NCBI GenBank assembly: GCA_963840455.1
Contig: CAWIYV010000011.1
Coordinates: 576,001 to 640,000, forward strand
Direction of reading: 5' to 3'
Origin: Nitrospirota bacterium
GTDB taxonomy: Bacteria > Nitrospirota > UBA9217
Length of the DNA stretch: 64,000 bases
Shown here: piece by piece, positions 39,333 to 49,036 of the stretch
How the letters are laid out: every line of letters begins with the position of its first letter
Position numbering within the stretch: the first letter of the stretch is position 1
Notes under the pieces: generated by a model
Told to the model about the DNA's origin: nothing
Database searches by the model: none
The model's input: the letters and a program-made list of their open reading frames with translations, nothing else
Program-made: the position numbers and the translations under genes

Positions 39333-39360
39333 GAAAGGGCCGGATCTCTCCGGCCCTTTT
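39333..39360 (-). terminator. Intrinsic terminator after the Kelch protein
   Basis: aaagggccgga-tctc-tccggcccttt hairpin. Confidence 0.7.
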
Positions 39361-39377
39361 GTCAAACGAACTAGGCT

Positions 39378-42300
39378 CTACCAGTAAATTTCGGCGGTTG
39401 TGGTTGGTGCAGAGGTGGAAAATCCGCCCACAAGCAGCAGCTTGCCATTCGATAGCAGCGTGGCGGTATGTGCTGCGCGTGCAGTGGCAAGGCTCGGCGC
39501 CGCTGACCAAGTGCCTTCCGCCGGATCATAGAGTTCAGCGAGAACACTGCCGACACCGCTGATATTACCGCCGGCTACCAGTACCTTGCCATTGGGCAAC
39601 AACGTGGCAGTATGCTGATTTCGCACGCTGGCGAGACTCCCTGTCGCTGACCATGTGCCAGATGCCGGATCATAAAGCTCGGCACTGCTGCCGCCGAAAC
39701 CGCTCGCAACAAGCACATTGCCATCAGGCAGAAGCGTGGCAGTGTGATCATAGGTCGGAGCTATAAGACTGCCCGTTGGCGACCATGTGTTGGTGGCTGG
39801 ATCATACAGTTCAGCAGTGCCAAGATGGCCGCCAATCGTATCTCGTCCTGCCGCTATCAGCACTTTTCCGCTGGCGAGCAGCGTTGCAGTATGGCCTAAA
39901 CGCGCATTAGCAAGGCTCGGCGCTGCAGTCCAGATTCCCGTTACCGGATCGTAGAGCTCTGCGCTGGCAAGCGCTGCCGCACCATCCCATCCACCTGCCA
40001 CCAGTATCTTGCCGTTAGGCAGCAGCGTGGCAGTATGACCATTGCGCGCCGTAGCGAGACCGCCTGTCGCAGACCATGTACCAGCGACGGGATCATACAA
40101 CTCGACACTGTCAATCGCTGCAATGCCGCTCCAACCTCCTGCAACCAGAACTTTGCCGTTCGACATCACCGTAGAGCTCTGATATTCACGGGGAGTGGCC
40201 AGATTGCCCGTCGTTGACCAGAGCCCGGTCGACACGTCGTACAGCTCGGCAATGGCAAGAGCAATCACCCCGTTCGACCCACCCGTTACCAGCACTTTGC
40301 CGTTCTGCAGCAGAGAAGCGGCGTGGGAATAGCGCGCATCTGCGAGACTGGAGGTCGCCGACCATCTGCCGGCATCCGGATCATACAACTCGGCACTGGC
40401 CAGAACCGGCGGACCGTAGCCACCCACTAGCAATACTCTACCATTGGGTAGCAGCGTGCCTGTATGGGTGTGGCGAGCGGTAAAGAGATTCTGCGCTGCA
40501 GTCCAGGTGTTGGCGGCTGGATCATACAGCTCGACGTTATCCTTCGAGACGGGACCATTCAATCCTCCCGTCGTCAGCACCTTGCCATTAGGCAAGAGTG
40601 TCGCCGTCATGTTGTAGCGTGCAGTGATGAGACTCGCTGCATAGGCCCAGGTATTGGTGGAGGGATCGTACAATTCGACGCTGGCCGTACCGCTGCCGCC
40701 AGTATGCCCACCCATCACCATCACTTTGCCATTGGGCAACAGCTTTTCGGCGTGGTACATTCGCCCTGAATTGAGACTCGCTGCCGCAGTCCAATTTCCC
40801 GTCGCCGGATCGTAGAGCTCTGCAGTGCCAAGCGTTGACGAACCATCATATCCGCCCGTCACCAGTATCTTGCCGCTGGGCAGCAAGGTGGCTGCGTGAT
40901 AGTAGCGCGCAGTAATGAGGCCCGTTGCAGAGGACCAGGTATTGGTGTCTGGATCGTACAGGTCGGCATTGGCAAAGGCTGTCGCACCATTCGTTCCACC
41001 CACCACCAAGACTTTACCGTTGGGCAACCGGAGACCGGTTGCCAGGTAGCGCGCCGCAGAGAGAGAGCCTGCCGAAGACCAGGTGTTGCTGGCAGGATCG
41101 TACAACTCGGCGCTGGCCAGAAAAGTCGCACCCACACCATACCCCCCTGCGACCAGCACTTTGCCATTTTGCAGCAACGTAGCGGTATGCGTCGAGCGCG
41201 CAGTAGTGAGACTCGCTGCTGCGGTCCAGGTATTGGTAGCTGGATCGTATATTTCGACACTGGCCAAAGCACTGCCAGAAAGCCCCCCAACCACCAGCAC
41301 CTTGCCATTGAGCATCAGCGTGGCAGTCTGAGAGTAGCGCGCCGCAGCAAGGCTGGCCGCGTTAAGGATCCCACCACGCGGCAGCGGTCCGCAGATCACT
41401 TTGAGAGCTGCAACGTTCTCATTATGCACGGTACTCGCACCGTAGGTCTGGGTACATGTCTGGTTCGCCGGCGAAGAAACAATGGAAAGGTCATAGGCAG
41501 CGCCGTTATTCAACTTTGCCGGGAAGGTGAACGGTCCATCGGCGAATAGAGTGATGGTGTCCGCGCCATTGTTGGCCAGCGTGATGCTGTTACCGGCCGC
41601 CAAACCGGTCAACGTGCCGCCGATACCGGCTGTGACGGTCAGCGTCGCGGTATTAGATGTTCTTCCGCTCAACGATGCCGAAATAGAGCTTGTGCCTAGG
41701 GTCAGACCTGTGGCGATGCCGCTGGCATTGACCGTGGCCACAAGGGAATTGCTGGAGTTCCAGGTGACCGATCCGGAAATGTCACCGAAGGTGCCGTCTG
41801 AATAGGATCCGGTGGCGGTGAACGTGGTCGTTGTGCCTTTTGCGATTGACGCAGAGGCAGGCGTTATAGCGATGCTGTTCAAGGCAGCTGCAGTGACAGT
41901 GATGTTGACTGCAGGCGAAGTAACGCTGTTCATTGAAGCCGTGATGGTGGCCGTTCCCACGACTATACCCGAAACGACGCCCGTGGCACTCCCGACACTG
42001 GCGGTGGCAGGATCTATCGAGGTCCACATGACCGCAGTGGTGATGTCAGCCGTGGTCCCATTCGAGTAGATTCCGGTGGCCGTAAGGCTGCCTGTCATCC
42101 CTTTGGCGATCGTAGCGGAGCCAGGTGTAACAGCGATGTTGGTCAGGGTTACCGGAACAGGGATCCGGTCGCAAATGTAATTGCTGGAAGTTACCTCTGT
42201 GGAATCCAGAACCGTGTCCCCACTGGTATCCAGGCCCACGCTGATCTTTACGCCGCCGTTTGAACAGTTCGTTCCCACAGATTCGGTCGTAACCGATACC

Positions 42301-42590
42301 AGTGCCGATAGACCGGCATTGCCGTTAGCTCCATTGCAAACATATTGCGTACTGGTGACCTCCGAAGGGTCAAGGACGCCATTGGCATTGACATCGATTC
42401 CCGCGTCCACCGAGATGCCACCGTTCGGGCAGATGCTGACCGGCGCTGTATATCTGAGCGCTGTGACCACTGAATTCTTACCCGTGGGTGTGTTCGCGCT
42501 CCCTCCGCTTCCTCCGCCGCATCCTGCAAGCGCCAGGAGTGATATCAAACCCAATACTTGTAAATTGATTTTGGTAGTGTTTAGTAGCAT
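39378..42590 (-). CDS. Surface lipoprotein with Cys-paired N-terminal repeats, two Big_2 domains and 14 Kelch repeats
   Basis: Lipobox LAGC; two C.NGG...GxD...LD..EV...Y.C units; two AT...YS(N/D)GT Ig-like domains; 14 HTATLLxNGKVLVxGG-type repeats. Confidence 0.9.
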   Translation of the reverse strand: MLLNTTKINLQVLGLISLLALAGCGGGSGGSANTPTGKNSVVTALRYTAPVSICPNGGISVDAGIDVNANGVLDPSEVTSTQYVCNGANGNAGLSALVSVTTESVGTNCSNGGVKISVGLDTSGDTVLDSTEVTSSNYICDRIPVPVTLTNIAVTPGSATIAKGMTGSLTATGIYSNGTTADITTAVMWTSIDPATASVGSATGVVSGIVVGTATITASMNSVTSPAVNITVTAAALNSIAITPASASIAKGTTTTFTATGSYSDGTFGDISGSVTWNSSNSLVATVNASGIATGLTLGTSSISASLSGRTSNTATLTVTAGIGGTLTGLAAGNSITLANNGADTITLFADGPFTFPAKLNNGAAYDLSIVSSPANQTCTQTYGASTVHNENVAALKVICGPLPRGGILNAASLAAARYSQTATLMLNGKVLVVGGLSGSALASVEIYDPATNTWTAAASLTTARSTHTATLLQNGKVLVAGGYGVGATFLASAELYDPASNTWSSAGSLSAARYLATGLRLPNGKVLVVGGTNGATAFANADLYDPDTNTWSSATGLITARYYHAATLLPSGKILVTGGYDGSSTLGTAELYDPATGNWTAAASLNSGRMYHAEKLLPNGKVMVMGGHTGGSGTASVELYDPSTNTWAYAASLITARYNMTATLLPNGKVLTTGGLNGPVSKDNVELYDPAANTWTAAQNLFTARHTHTGTLLPNGRVLLVGGYGPPVLASAELYDPDAGRWSATSSLADARYSHAASLLQNGKVLVTGGSNGVIALAIAELYDVSTGLWSTTGNLATPREYQSSTVMSNGKVLVAGGWSGIAAIDSVELYDPVAGTWSATGGLATARNGHTATLLPNGKILVAGGWDGAAALASAELYDPVTGIWTAAPSLANARLGHTATLLASGKVLIAAGRDTIGGHLGTAELYDPATNTWSPTGSLIAPTYDHTATLLPDGNVLVASGFGGSSAELYDPASGTWSATGSLASVRNQHTATLLPNGKVLVAGGNISGVGSVLAELYDPAEGTWSAAPSLATARAAHTATLLSNGKLLLVGGFSTSAPTTTAEIYW

Positions 42591-42713
42591 GACCTCCTGC
42601 CTCCTTAACATTTTAAAGTAGAGAGTGATTTCATTTGTGGAGAAGCCTATGCCAAATTAAACATATTGTCAATAAAAAAATTGGTCAATACTAAATATAT
42701 TTGTTTTCTTTGG

Positions 42714-42970
42714 AAAAAAAGAGCTAATTCCTGATTGGAGTTAGCTCTAGATCGTGCAAGTCTTTGGCCGATGGTGCACTCCAAGGACCAATAAAACACT
42801 GAAAATCAGTGCCTTAAATGGTGGAGGCGGCGGGAATTCTATCGTTCGTCCAACCCATCGATATTCGGCGAGTATTTTTTCGAGAAATTGCGACATACCC
42901 CAAATAGATACCCCTGAAATGCTGGATGCTGTAAGTCTGCATTGGATGATATAAGACAGCATTGGACAAT
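42714..42970 (-). mobile_element. att-like junction B
   Basis: Hairpin 42720-42748; core tggtggaggcggcgggaatt at 42819-42838 (reverse complement AATTCCCGCCGCCTCCACCA); cataccccaaatagatacccc repeat. Confidence 0.85.
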
Positions 42971-43029
42971 GTAGTCATACTATGCATTTTGCACTACAGG
43001 TTTTAAGGGGCAGGTCAAGCTTCAGTCGT

Positions 43030-44937
43030 TCACTGCGGCGTGATATCGCTCTGCTTGATGCCTGCATCTGACTTGGCTTGATCCATCAGTGCGGCGCAGT
43101 TGCTGTCCGTTTTATCGCCAAAATCGAGCAGGGGTATCAGCCCGGCCACGCCCACGGTCGCTGCGGCCAGACCCACCGCGAAGCCGCCGCGCACTGCCAC
43201 CTTGTTCGTGTCAGGTTTAGCCTTCGGCTTTATGAGCGTGCCAGTGACAAGGATCGGGCCTCGCAGCGATACCAGGCTGAACCCCTTCGACTGCGATACC
43301 AGTCTCAGGTGCAGCGATTCATCGGCAAAGTTCACGTTGCCATCGCCGGTAATATTTACCTTGGGCGTATCCAGCACCAGGTCCTGGACTTTGAAATCCC
43401 CTTCGACGGCCTTGAAGTTCGCCACCATGCATCGTATCGGGACGTTTTTGTCGCCGCGCAGCAGCACCAGGAACGAGTTGGCGATGTCGACGTTGGCTTT
43501 TCTGAGCAGCAGCTCGCTTATGGTGCCGCCGTCTATGATCAGCGCCGCCTCGCCGTTCGCCGATCCCATCATTTGCGAAATCGAGTCTCCCTTGGCGTCG
43601 AGCTTTGCGCGCCCGCCAATGACTCCCGGGTTGGAGGCAGTCGGTTTCGAGGTCGGGAGCAATTGGTCGAGGTGCAGTCCTTTCGCCGTGATGTCGGCAT
43701 GGGTGATGATGTGTGGCCCGCGCCCGTCCATCGTGATCTCCGTGACCAGCTTGCCGCCGGCGGTTTCGAAGTTCAGCGGCGCAAGTTTGAGCGTGCCGTC
43801 CTTTATGATGAGATGTGCATCCATCTTTTCGATCGGCAGCCTCGTGGTAATGATCTTATCGCCCTTGAAAAGGACATCGGCATCGGCAGCGCGGATCTTT
43901 TCGAGGCTGAAGGGCATGGTCGGCAGCACCTTGTTGCGCGGTCCGCTGACGAGGTCTGCGCCTATGAAGCCGCTCAAGTCGTTCATTTCCAGGCGGCGTG
44001 ATTCCAGGTCGGCGGTGATCAGTTGGGGGATCTTGCTGCGGTCCACCGACAGATCTCCGGTCAAATCACTCTTTCCCACTAACCCCTCAAAGCGCTTGAA
44101 TGTCCAGATGTTGCCGGTATGGGTCAGGTACCCTGTCAGCCTGTAGGGAGGCGTCGGCGGAAAAGGCACACCGATGATCGGATACAGCTGGGCAAGATCG
44201 ATACCTTCGAGAATGATATTTACCTTTTCGTTTTTCAAGTGCAGGGGGTCGAGCAGCGTTCCGTTGATGCTGGCCCTGGTCCTACCCAGCATCAAAATCG
44301 CCTTGATCGGGTAGGGCCGGTCGGCGCGGCGCAGCGCAAGCAGCGCTCCGCCGCTCATATAGAGCTTGGCGTCCATTCCCCTGAACCTGCCTTTTCCCTT
44401 CACTTCGACCATGGTATCCGGCCCGCCCTCGGCAACGGCTAAGGTATTTATCACGAATGACAGGTTCGTATTGTTCGTTGGATTGCGATACGTGAGGGTT
44501 CCATTATCGATGGAAAGCGAACCTATGTGGGGGAATTGCCATTGCTTGCCTGCCTTGTTGAAAACCCAGTTCGGCGTGCTGTCCTTGTTTACTTCGAGCG
44601 CCAGATAAAAATCGGACAAGGATATTTCAGGAATTGACAAACGGCCAATGAGGAGCTTCGGTATGCTGATAGTGAGATCAACGCGCTTGATCTTCGCCAT
44701 GGGCGGATTGTTACCCCATTCTGCGTTGCCCATCACGATGTCGTTGGCGATGATGCGCGGCCACAGCGAAAGATGCACATCCAGATCACCCTTGATCTCA
44801 AAGCTTCTGCCCGTCGAACGTGTCACCTGGCGCGCTACATACGGACGAGCCAGATTCCAGTCGAATGCACTTACGGCCACGACCAGCAGCAACAGGCCTG
44901 CGCCTACTCCGACAAGCCACTTTCTCCTTCGGGTCAT
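43030..44937 (-). CDS. AsmA-family protein (YhjG-like)
   Basis: N-terminal TM then FDWNLARP, NW motif, TPPYRL, VGKSDLTG, VPIRCMV, SLRGPI. Confidence 0.9.
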   Translation of the reverse strand: MTRRRKWLVGVGAGLLLLVVAVSAFDWNLARPYVARQVTRSTGRSFEIKGDLDVHLSLWPRIIANDIVMGNAEWGNNPPMAKIKRVDLTISIPKLLIGRLSIPEISLSDFYLALEVNKDSTPNWVFNKAGKQWQFPHIGSLSIDNGTLTYRNPTNNTNLSFVINTLAVAEGGPDTMVEVKGKGRFRGMDAKLYMSGGALLALRRADRPYPIKAILMLGRTRASINGTLLDPLHLKNEKVNIILEGIDLAQLYPIIGVPFPPTPPYRLTGYLTHTGNIWTFKRFEGLVGKSDLTGDLSVDRSKIPQLITADLESRRLEMNDLSGFIGADLVSGPRNKVLPTMPFSLEKIRAADADVLFKGDKIITTRLPIEKMDAHLIIKDGTLKLAPLNFETAGGKLVTEITMDGRGPHIITHADITAKGLHLDQLLPTSKPTASNPGVIGGRAKLDAKGDSISQMMGSANGEAALIIDGGTISELLLRKANVDIANSFLVLLRGDKNVPIRCMVANFKAVEGDFKVQDLVLDTPKVNITGDGNVNFADESLHLRLVSQSKGFSLVSLRGPILVTGTLIKPKAKPDTNKVAVRGGFAVGLAAATVGVAGLIPLLDFGDKTDSNCAALMDQAKSDAGIKQSDITPQ

Positions 44938-45078
44938 GATCGTTCTAGCTCCTTGTATCTTGTGTTTCCGGGCAGACAGGTAGCACGACCAGGTTTCAGA
45001 TTGTCGTCTTACCAAGCAAGAGGCTCTGTGTGTTTATAATTATAACACGTGGTGTCAGGAAAAAGAAAAGCCCCTCGC

Positions 45079-45105
45079 TGTCATTTCGAGCGCAGCGAAA
45101 AATCC
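45079..45105. repeat. Single GTCAT-type REP-like palindrome unit
   Basis: tgtcatttcgagcgcagcgaaaaatcc; only one copy seen in the window. Confidence 0.35.
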
Positions 45106-45235
45106 CGCAATGGGGACAATATCCCGATTACATGATGCTGTGTGTAACCTGGATTTTATGATGTAGTTTCTGAACAGCAGCTTCTTTCTGCAGCTCACGA
45201 CAGTTTCATTTTATTGAAATTGCTAGCTCTATATC

Positions 45236-45530
45236 TATTGTCCAATCGCCTAAATTACAATACCCCGAAAAATACCCCAACTTGTGAGCGCTAGAAAACA
45301 AAAAAAGAGCTAATTCCTTTAAGGAGTTAGCTCTGGTTCCAGCCTGTGTTCAGTGGAGACTTTCGAAAAAATCAAAATATCACTGAATATCAAATAGATA
45401 TGGTGGAGGCGGCGGGAATTCTAAAGTTTGTCCAACCTTCGATATTCCACGATATTTATTTCTAGAAATTACGACATGCCCCAAAGAGATACCCCTTTAA
45501 TGCTCGATGTCACGAGACATTGTCGGACTA
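45236..45530 (-). mobile_element. att-like junction C
   Basis: taccccgaaaaatacccc (about 45261-45278); hairpin 45306-45334; identical 20-bp core at 45401-45420; catgccccaaagagatacccc. Confidence 0.85.
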
Positions 45531-45570
45531 ATTCGGTCTGGAACCCGACTTCAGTCTCCGGTCTCAGGCA

Positions 45571-46953
45571 CTAGCCTCCGGGCAGGAAATCGATCGGGTA
45601 CAGAATGGTCGTCTTGGGTACATTCTCCTTTGGCCCAAAGTTGAACTTCTTGACGCGCTCAACAACCTGGGCCACCAGCTCCGGAGAGGCCAGATCGGAG
45701 GACTGCATCGTGCATGCAGAGACTTCGCCGCCCGGTTCAATGGTGATCCGAAGCAGGATCTTACCGCGCAGGGTCGGGTTTTTTCTGAGTTCGGTATTAT
45801 ACATCCGGTAGAGCGATGCCTTGTACTTATCGAAGACGATCTGGATCTCTTCGTCCGTCCTTGCCGGTCCGGGCCCGGAACTGAGAGGTCTTGAACCATC
45901 ACCCAGGCCCGCCATACTGCTTTCTACCCGCGTAAACCCTACCCCGCCAATGCGATTGCCGTTGCCGTTACCGATGTTGCGGCTGACTCCTGAATTGCTG
46001 ATGCCGCCGCTGCCGCCTGTGCCACTCGCTCCGGGTATTGCGACAAGCGACCGGCTGGCACGGGCCTGACCTGCTGCGGCAGACTGGTTATTGATTTTGG
46101 CTTCAGCGCCGAGCTTTGCAGCGGGAGTTTCCTCGATCAGGTCCTTAAAGGAGTCCCGGAAAGCAAGTACCCCCGTGGTCTCCGCCCGTTTACGCGCTAC
46201 CTGCTTTTCAGCCGGGGCGGGTTGCTCTTCCTTCGGCTTTTCAGACGCTTTTTCCCGGGTCTTGTCGGCCTTCTTCTCTTCTTTGGTACGATCAGGCACC
46301 TGCTCAGGAATGGGCGGTTCCTTCCTGAGCATCGAGACAAGGCGCTCCGGGACAACGGCCACTACCGGGCGTGTGAGCGGAGGAAGCTTCCACAGGCCAA
46401 TGACCGTGCCAAAAACAATATAGAACAGGAAGGCGAAAAGAAGCAACCGGCGAAAACGTTTTTCGCTCTCGGATTCTTTCCTCCATGGCATTGTCATTGA
46501 ACGATTGGGGGCTTCCACAAATTCACGTTCTATGATGTACTCTTCCTCGCGGCGCTCTTCACGGGCGTACGCATCGCGTACTTCTTCCGAGAGAATGTCA
46601 AGTTCGTTGAGGCACTGTCTTATCTGCCCCTCGAGAACCGTCCGTTTTTCCAGAATGCCTTTAATATCGCCGTCAAAAAGGGCGATCCGGTTCTTGATCC
46701 GTTCAAGGTGCTTGGCGCTTGGGGTATTTGCGATCCCGTCCCAAAAGAGTTCGCCTGCATTAAGCTCCCCCAGTTTGCCGAGCGCGTTTAGAACGTCCCG
46801 CAACGCATCGAACCGCTGCATGTCGTCCGAGAACGCCTCGATCTCCTTCTCTACAGATCGAAGTTCGCTTTGCAGTGCATCGTGCTGTCGCTGGATCTGC
46901 TCGATATTGGTGCTCAGATGAGCCAATTCTTCTGATAAAATGGATGTGTTCAC
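45571..46953 (-). CDS. GltG/AgmX-like TonB-type energy transducer
   Basis: N-terminal coiled coil, one TM helix, Pro/Lys/Glu and Gly linker, C-terminal RTDEEIQIVFD...NPTLRGKI...YPIDFLP. Confidence 0.8.
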   Translation of the reverse strand: MNTSILSEELAHLSTNIEQIQRQHDALQSELRSVEKEIEAFSDDMQRFDALRDVLNALGKLGELNAGELFWDGIANTPSAKHLERIKNRIALFDGDIKGILEKRTVLEGQIRQCLNELDILSEEVRDAYAREERREEEYIIEREFVEAPNRSMTMPWRKESESEKRFRRLLLFAFLFYIVFGTVIGLWKLPPLTRPVVAVVPERLVSMLRKEPPIPEQVPDRTKEEKKADKTREKASEKPKEEQPAPAEKQVARKRAETTGVLAFRDSFKDLIEETPAAKLGAEAKINNQSAAAGQARASRSLVAIPGASGTGGSGGISNSGVSRNIGNGNGNRIGGVGFTRVESSMAGLGDGSRPLSSGPGPARTDEEIQIVFDKYKASLYRMYNTELRKNPTLRGKILLRITIEPGGEVSACTMQSSDLASPELVAQVVERVKKFNFGPKENVPKTTILYPIDFLPGG

Positions 46954-46966
46954 GATAACTCCGCTA

Positions 46967-47461
46967 TTACTCCGCCTTCTGGACGACAGCGAGTGATATC
47001 CTTCCATATCCAGAGGCCGTGCACGTTGACATTATTTTTTTAAGCACCTTAAACGGGATCGTTTTGTCGGCGAGGAGAGTGATTTCCTTGCTTTCAGCGA
47101 CCACGTTGGTGCCCATACCGACCATATCGCTTTCAAGCTGCTTCAGCCGATCTCGTATTTCACGAACTAATCCGATGCTGTCATCCAAAAGGCTCGGGGT
47201 GTTGACCACGGGTTCGTTCTGGATCATGACTGTTTCCGGGCTTACCACGATCGCGATCGTTTCCCTCGGTCTGGCCTCTACCGTGGACACGGGCAGTGCG
47301 ATCTGCGCATCCGGCAGAGTGCTGTTGAATGAGTGGAAAAGCAGGAAAAACACCAGAACGCAAAGGACATCCATCATCGGGATCAGGTTTATACCAAGAC
47401 CTTTGATCGCGCCTTTCTTGTTGTTCCGCTCCATCCGCCTCATGCGTCTGCTGTGTATCAT
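46967..47461 (-). CDS. ExbD/TolR-family protein (AglS-like)
   Basis: INLIPMMDVLCVLVFFLL, ADKTIPF, ISLAV. Confidence 0.9.
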   Translation of the reverse strand: MIHSRRMRRMERNNKKGAIKGLGINLIPMMDVLCVLVFFLLFHSFNSTLPDAQIALPVSTVEARPRETIAIVVSPETVMIQNEPVVNTPSLLDDSIGLVREIRDRLKQLESDMVGMGTNVVAESKEITLLADKTIPFKVLKKIMSTCTASGYGRISLAVVQKAE

Positions 47462-47973
47462 GGCGCATCTCCTATGGCTATCTTTGAAAAGAGGGCGATC
47501 TTCTTCACTTCATCGCTTCCTTCCGACCGGACATCTGCGCTCCGCACCGCATCCATGACCTCGATAAGATGGTCGTACTTGATATCCGGCTCCATCAAAA
47601 CCGTCGCGTCGTCCTTTTCCGGATACTGGTTCTTGATACGCGCGAGGACCTTTGACAGAAGCTCAAGGTCATAGCTATCGCCTTTTTTGGGGATCGAGGC
47701 TTCCACTGATGAGCCATTGGCGACCTGCAGCCCTGCCCTGCGGACTATCACCTCGATGGCGAAATTGGGCTTGCTGGCCAAAGCCCCGCCGCCTGCGGTC
47801 GGAACGGAGAGTTCCTGGACCGTAATGCTCATAAAGACGGCGGTGATGAGCAGGAAAACCACGAGAACGGTAAGGATATCCATCATTGGCGTCAAATTAA
47901 GGAGGTGCATGATATCCGTATCGAAATCAGATGGTTCTTCTCCTCCCCTTCTTTTATGAAATCGCTTGATCAT
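47458..47973 (-). CDS. ExbD/TolR-family protein (AglQ-like)
   Basis: LNLTPMMDILTVLVVFLL, YDHLIEVMDAVR. Confidence 0.9.
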   Translation of the reverse strand: MIKRFHKRRGGEEPSDFDTDIMHLLNLTPMMDILTVLVVFLLITAVFMSITVQELSVPTAGGGALASKPNFAIEVIVRRAGLQVANGSSVEASIPKKGDSYDLELLSKVLARIKNQYPEKDDATVLMEPDIKYDHLIEVMDAVRSADVRSEGSDEVKKIALFSKIAIGDAP

Positions 47974-48649
47974 GATTGGCTCCTGTAAGTTGCGTACCAG
48001 GCAGGACCGGAGGTCTGTCGGCCTGTCTCTTCGCAAAGTTGGAAATGGTATTTAACGCCTTTACCGACGCCATTTCCAGACTGTTCACGATCTTGCCCGT
48101 ATTTGTCGTCAGGCGGGCATGGAACAAAAGAAGCGGGATCGCCGCCATCAAACCAAATGCAGTGCAGTTCATGGCCTCTGAAATGCTGGCCGCGAGCAGG
48201 GCGGCCTTCGAAGCGGGGCTCGCGGTCGCTACTGCGGCGAAGGCGCTGATAAGGCCCATAATGGTGCCCAGTAGTCCAAACAGGGTAGCGATATTCGAGA
48301 GCAGCGCCAGATACGGAGTGCGCTTTTCCAATTGAGGGACTATTTCCATGAGGCTCTCTTCCATGGCGATCTCGATGTCTTCCCGACGTTTCACCGCTCC
48401 CTGGCGGGCCAGTCCCATCCCCATCATTTGAGCCATGCTGGATTTGCCCTTGTTGGCCATGTCCCGGGCCTGGTCGAACTCACCCTTTTCGAGTACCGGA
48501 TGCAACTGGTCCCACGCCTTGTCGTTCTCTGTCTGGACCCGGCTCAAGTGAGTCCATCGTTCGATCGCGATGGCCAGGCCGACCAACAACACGAGCAAAA
48601 TAGGGAACATGAAGAACCCACCACTCTGAAAAAACCGTACGATAAACAT
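47954..48649 (-). CDS. MotA/TolQ/ExbB proton channel (AglR-like)
   Basis: GGFFMFPI, ATLFGLLGTIMGLISAF, ISEAMNCTAFGL. Confidence 0.93.
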   Translation of the reverse strand: MFIVRFFQSGGFFMFPILLVLLVGLAIAIERWTHLSRVQTENDKAWDQLHPVLEKGEFDQARDMANKGKSSMAQMMGMGLARQGAVKRREDIEIAMEESLMEIVPQLEKRTPYLALLSNIATLFGLLGTIMGLISAFAAVATASPASKAALLAASISEAMNCTAFGLMAAIPLLLFHARLTTNTGKIVNSLEMASVKALNTISNFAKRQADRPPVLPGTQLTGANHDQAIS

Positions 48650-48687
48650 TTTGCTTCCTCCTTGTTTTCGCTAACGCGATAATGTTG

Positions 48688-49017
48688 CTATTTCTTGCTG
48701 CTGACCTCGTAAAAATCCAGCTGCCGCTTGAACACGTCACGATCAACCGGCGTTGCGCTTTCATCCAGCTTCATTCCCATGCTTGTCGCCGCGCCTATTT
48801 CCGAGCTCTTCCACGGCACGATATACAGGGACTTCGGGGCTTCATCGTTACCGACGATGGATATGCCTGAAAGCTCCTTTGCGTCAGATGCCTTCGCATC
48901 CTGCTTGGACTCTGTCGTCTTTGGCGCATTTTGGGCCGCCGGTCTCTTTTCAGAAGCCATGGCCATGCCACTCATCGTAAGAAGCAGTCCGACAATAAGC
49001 AATCCTTTCAGATGCAT
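48688..49017 (-). CDS. Small secreted protein, GltF-like
   Basis: Signal peptide, ISIVGNDEAPKSLYIVPWK; lies between the TPR gene and the motA-like gene. Confidence 0.6.
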   Translation of the reverse strand: MHLKGLLIVGLLLTMSGMAMASEKRPAAQNAPKTTESKQDAKASDAKELSGISIVGNDEAPKSLYIVPWKSSEIGAATSMGMKLDESATPVDRDVFKRQLDFYEVSSKK

Positions 49018-49036
49018 GTTCCCTCCTTTCTTTAAA

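Noticed and set aside
39400-41350. Periodic DNA similarity suggesting a repeat array or diversity-generating element
   Set aside because: Explained by Kelch protein repeats; no reverse transcriptase or template/variable repeat pair seen
42819-45420. Intact tRNA or tmRNA genes at the CCA-ending cores
   Set aside because: Only about 20 nt of the 3' end is present; the adjacent sequence does not complete a T-arm or cloverleaf
18761-45530. CRISPR array or classical integron attC sites as the explanation for the repeats
   Set aside because: Copies are kilobases apart, no cas or intI genes are seen, and there is no RYYYAAC...GTTRRRY attC structure
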